Of a stretch of DNA of 64,000 bases, positions 54,101 through 60,100 are shown one piece after another. Within the stretch, counting starts at the first letter, position 1. Every line of letters starts with the position of its first letter. The notes below the pieces were generated by a model. It did no database searches. It saw nothing but the letters and a program-made list of their open reading frames with translations, and was not told the origin of the DNA. Origin of the DNA: Sphyrna mokarran (taxonomy: Eukaryota); the NCBI GenBank assembly GCA_024679065.1, contig JAGIQG010000019.1:16058001-16122000 (forward strand), read 5' to 3'. Both the position numbers and the translations under genes were made by a program.

Positions 54101-57100
54101 TGTTTCTGAAACGTGGATTTTTTTGGATGCATTTATTCACATTTTATCATGTAATTTGTTCTGCCACGGTGTCCCAGGCAATTTTTATTTTTCACACGAT
54201 TGAGATTGATTATATTTTCAGTACACTGACATGGAAGTGACCAAAAGAGTCCCACTTACGTTGTATGACTTCGCTTTAGCTTTCTTGGTTGAACATTGTT
54301 CTTTCTCCTTTTGCGCTGATAATGCTTTCGAATAGGAGATTGTACAACTGATAGCAATTATTGAATGCTTGTTGCCTCTTGTTTACAATTTCAGTCGCCT
54401 AGATTGAAAACTTTGAGCACAACCTTGTTGGTGTTTGAAATGTCTCACTGCGCATTGATGAATCTTCATTTTGAGATTTATAAAGCTTTTCATTGAAGTA
54501 TTTGAAAAGTGAACATTAGCTGCGATAGAAGAAGTCTGGTGTTATCAGTTGAACTTTCAGGTGAAGATGGTGCTGTTGAATAATTTTTGTTGATTATAAT
54601 GGACATTATCTCATATGCCACTATTTTCTGCTTTGACATATTGTTGGCAAAATCTTAAAGCTAAAGGAAGATGATGACAGGAAAGGCAGCTTAAACATAT
54701 TAAACAATGGAGAATTAAATGTCTGTGTAGCTGTTTTGGAAGCAGATATTGAAATTTAATATCTGTTTATTGGAATCATGCTTTTGCATTTTGAAGACCA
54801 AGGAAATTGCTGTCATTCATTTTAGAATTTATATCCATTTGTTTGCATGAATGATGGTAGATAAGACAACTGATGTTTTGAGAAGTATGATAATGCTTCT
54901 TACTTCTGAAAGTGAAGGGTGAGGATTAACGCATCTAATTTGTCGAATGCAGAAATGAGTGTAGTCTTCTGATTCTGAAATATTATGGTCCTGAAATATG
55001 GAAGACCTTTACTAGAATAAAGAAAACATTATTCCTTCAAAATAAAGTGCAGGTTATCAAATAATTGATATATTATTGTTTTGAAATGCAACTTTTTGAA
55101 TGAGAATTTGAATATACATTTTATAGTTTTGAAGATTGATCCTTTTTAGGAATCTTTAAAATTAGCTTTCAACAGCAAACAACATCTCAAACTCGGTGAA
55201 ATTTAACATTGTGTTTGCTGACGGCATTTCAATTATATTGTTATTCCTTCAGGCAACATGACTGAGGAACTTTTCTGAAGAGAAACCTCAGAATTTGAAT
55301 GAGGGAATTATTGCTGATATTCTAGATGAATTAGGGATGCATTTTGTTCTTACTAATGAGCAAGCAGTTCCTCGTTCGGAATTTGACCAAGATTATGATG
55401 CTTATAAACATCTCCTTAAAAATGAATTGCAATAGCAGTGAATAAATACTTCGTCCAAATTTCTGAGTTTTTAGGGCCAACAAGAACTGCAGGGACTGGA
55501 GGACCAACAACTTCAGAGACCACCATCAGTGGTGAGTTTTAGTTTTATTGTACTCACCGTATCAAATTAGTTTGTATTGTTCATTGACTTATATGGTTTG
55601 ATATTATCTTTGCTTCCTAGGACCAACAGCAATGACTGTGACAGGTACACTTCCTGTTTCTGAGAGCAGAATTACTGGTGAGCAGAGCTGTTTCATGCTA
55701 TAAGCTGCTGTTACTGTTGTGTTAGTTGTGACTTTTAACTCTTCCATGTGTCTGCAGTTAAACCAGATCCACACCGGATAACAGGACAGTTACTCAGTTT
55801 CTGAAACTGTGATTAACAACGATTGAATGTATTTTCAGCATCATATGATGTTTGTGCTGCCAAGGTGTCCCAGTCAAGGAACATGTTGGTGTATCATTGC
55901 AGTTCACTGTATTATTAGTCCATTCAGATGGAAGGGTTTTACTGTGTACCAGCTGAGTTGTTCCATACTTCTTTTAGGATGCTTTTTCTTGTGCTTCATT
56001 CTGCTTTGAACTGATAATGTTTTCTGATGGGAAAGGGTCTACAGATATGTTTCAGTTAATACTTAATTTAAGTTTTTGTATATTTCTACATTTCAGTTCA
56101 GAAACTGTGAGCACCAGCATGTTGTTGATTTACTATAATTGCTATTCGATGCATGTTTATGTTGAGACTGAAAGAGCTTTTCAGAGAACTGGAGTTGGAA
56201 TATTAAAGATTACTTGATTTAGTAAATCTCTGACATTATCAGTTCTAACTTTTTAAAAGAGGACAATATTATTGGATAAGATTATTGATTATAATGCTGA
56301 CTGTCGGACATGCCCCTGTTGCCATCTTGAAAGTATGAATGGGAATATATTTGAATTTTAAAAGATATTAATAAGCAAAATTACCCAAACTGTAATGAGT
56401 TATGGAAAACCTTGGATTAGAAATTCCACATTTGTTTTGTTTTTTGTAATTTATATTCATATTTGAAGTCTGTTTATTTGAATCATTCATTTGCATTTGA
56501 GACCTAAGAAATCACTGCCATTCACTTCAGAAGCTGTATCCATTTATTTGCATGAATGATGATGGGTGAGGCAACTGGTGCTTTGAGGAGTAAAAAAGTG
56601 TCTGTTAATTCTGAGAGTGAAGGGTCTGTACTGAAAGTACCTAATTTGTACAGTGCAGAAATGTACACCTTTGTTTTGATTTTGATGAATTGTGACCCTG
56701 AAATATGAAATTTCTTCATGGAAAAACAAACAAAACATTCCCTTAAAGAGATGAATGTGAAGTGCAGGTTATCAAGAAATTAATGTTTCGCAGATTAATC
56801 AATTTTAGGAAACTTTAAAAATGAGCTTACACAAGCAAACAAAATCTTAAACTTGTTGAGAAATTTATTGTTCAATTTGCTGATATTAGGTCAATTCTAT
56901 TGAGAGTTTGTCTAGATAATGATGCTGACATTAAAATTTCCTTGGAAGTGAATTGCAGTTGTGAATAAATACTCTATCAATTTCTCTGCTGTTTAGGGCC
57001 AACAATAACTGCAGGAACTGGAGGACCAACAACTTCAGAGACCACCATCAGTGGTGAGTTTTGGTTTTATTATATTTGCCATAACAAATTATTTTGTGTT

Positions 57101-60100
57101 CTTTGTGAACAAATCTTGTTTCATATTATCTTTGCTTCCTAGGGCCAATGGCAATGACTGTGACAGGTAAGCTTCCTGTTTCTTGACAGCAGAATTACTA
57201 GTGAGCAGAGCTTCCATCATATTAATAGATACTGTTAATTTCGTGCTATTTGTGATTTTTAACTCTTGGATTTGTCTGTAGTTAGGTTATAGTTTAGAAG
57301 ACTTGGTTGAAATTTGAAATTTAAAATTTGACATATTTGCAATTGCAATTTGAAGAGCTAGGATTTTAGTGCTATTGATTTTAGATCACTAATTCCATTT
57401 ATTCACATGAATGATGATAGATAAGGCATCAGGAGATTTGACATGAACAGTAATGCATGGTTTGTCTGTGACCGAAAGGTCTGCAGGGAAGCACCTCATT
57501 TGTAGGTTTGCAGAATGACAGGTCTTTTATTTTGATTCTGCAGTATGATAGACCTTGCTGGTGAAACTTATATGCAGACAGACAGTCAAAATTATTTCTC
57601 CCAACAGAATGAATTCAAAGCAGTAACTTCCAATATCATAATGAATTCCTGTTTGGAAATGCTACTTGTTTGGTGGGATTTTTGAAATTCACGCTATATC
57701 CTTTGGAAAACAAATAATTTCGTCAGCTTTAAAATTTAACTTTCACTAGCAGATAATATCCAAATCACTTTGAGAAAGGTTAATACCACATTTGCTGGCC
57801 CATATTGAATTCTTTGTAATTGCCTGAAAAATAGCTGGATTTTTGCAGGCAGGTTGGTTAAGGAACTGTTCTGAATGGCAAGCACTTCATTTGTGGAAGG
57901 CAATGATTAACTTTATAGTTTGCATATGGATATTTTCCTTTTCTCCTCATAATGTGGAACCATTTGCCACTTGAAGCTTTGACTGACATAATGATGCTAA
58001 GATGAACAAAAAGTCTTCGGAATTGCAGCAGTCATGAATAAATATTCTATATAAATTCCGCTTTTCTTTAGGGCTGACACCAATCACAGGAATTGGAAGA
58101 CCTACGACTTCAAAGACTACTGTCACTGGTGAGTATTATTTTTAGCCATCCTCGTCACTTGAAATTAATTTATTTGATTGGTAGATTAATATTGTTTCAA
58201 ATATGCTTTATTGCATAGGGCCAAGAGCAATGACTCCATCAGGAGTACCAACAGTTCCTGAGATAGCAATTAGTGATGTACACAGCTTCTTACACATTAT
58301 AACCTGATATTCATGTCGAGCAATTTGTGACTTAATGCTCTGCAGAATTTTTTCTGTTACCTTGGACCAGCAACAACTCGGATGCTGGTGGCAAAATCTT
58401 AAAATTAAAGGAAGACGCAGATATTAGAACATTAGAAGCAGACATTGGAATTTAAGTCTTTTTTTTAATCATGCATTTGCATTTTGTAGACCTAGGAAAT
58501 TGCTGCCATTTATTTTAGAATTTATGTCCATTTATTTGCACAAATGATGATAGGTAAGGCAACCGGTGCTTTTAGTAGTATGATAATGCTTCTTAATTCT
58601 GAAAGTGAAGGGTCAGGATCGAACTTATCTAATTTGTAGAATGCTGAAATGGGTGTATTCAGGGATGTTCCATAGTTTTCTCTGTGCAGTATGATGAGGG
58701 ACTTTACTGAATACTAATGGGGTTGCTGTTTCTAGGCCCAGAGATGTTCCATTGTTCTGATTATGGGTGAGGTGAGGGATTTTATTGAAGTGTTGGAGTT
58801 TTAACTCGGCAGGGGAAGGGCACCATATGCTGCTTCCAGGCTCATCAAGTCAGGCAACTGGTGCTTCAATCTGCCCTGCTCCAAGTGCCTTACGTGCAAT
58901 ATATACCTGGAAGGGAATGCTATAATGGCACCCATGGCAACGGCTCATGGTGTGCAATGGCCACATCCTCGCACCTACCTGTATGCTCTCCCTACATGCC
59001 GTGGCCACAAAACCAATGGCAGGCAACCTAATCAGGTGATATATGGCACTCCAAATTGTATTGTGTTGCCAGCGTCCACAAGTGATACACTAGCCCAAGT
59101 GAGGGAGTGGAGGTTGCCTAGATAGTAAAAACCAAAGACATGTATCTATCTATCTCTCTGTTTCTGTCTGTCTGTCTGTGTGTCTCTCTCTTTCTCTGTA
59201 ATTTCCACCGCGCAGATTGATTTTTGGACTGATAAGTCTGAAGCTGACCATCATGCTAGCAGCTGTTGAGGAGAAGCTCAGGAGATGAAGAGAGTCATCT
59301 GACCACTGCAAGACCAGCCAATAGTAGAACCTACAGAAGGAGGACAGGGGGCTGCCAGTGAGGTCCAAGAAGTGACATCACAGCTTCCCGCGGGGTGAGG
59401 GTAGGGGAAGCAAGATTGGAGACAGAGGCTGTACAGCATAGCAGAGTGTGCAACACCTGTATCAGGCCCTTGCAGACCTGGCACCTCGGGAGGGGAGGGT
59501 ACTCACTCCCAGTGAAAGTGAAGGTGATGGGGGCACTAAATTTTGATATTACTGGATATTTCCAGGCACTCAGTGGGGACATCTGGCATATCTGTGCACA
59601 GATGTGTGCACTAGGTTATGAATGTGTTGTAACATAGAAACATAGAAATAAAAATGTTAGAAGCAGGAGGAAGCCATTTGGCTCTTCGAGCCTGCTCCGC
59701 CATTCATTATGATTACGACTAATCATGAAACTCAATAGCCTAATCCTGCTTTTTCTCTATAGCCTTTGATCCCATTTGCCACAAGTGCTATATCTTGCAG
59801 TCTCTTGAATACATTCAATGTTTTGAGATCAACTACATCCATTCTTTAGGTGAAGGAATGCCTCCCCACCTCTGTCCTAAATGGTCAAGCCTGAATCTTT
59901 AGACTGTGCCCCTAGTTCTGGACTCCCCTCTGCAATGGGAATATCCTCTCTGAATCTACTCTATCTAGTCCTATTAGAATTTTATAAGTCTCTATGAGAT
60001 CTCCTCCTTCATTTCAATTCCAGTGAAAACAATCCTAACCTAGTCAATCTCTCCTCGTACATCATTCCCGCCATCCCCAGATGCAGCTGGTAAACCATTG

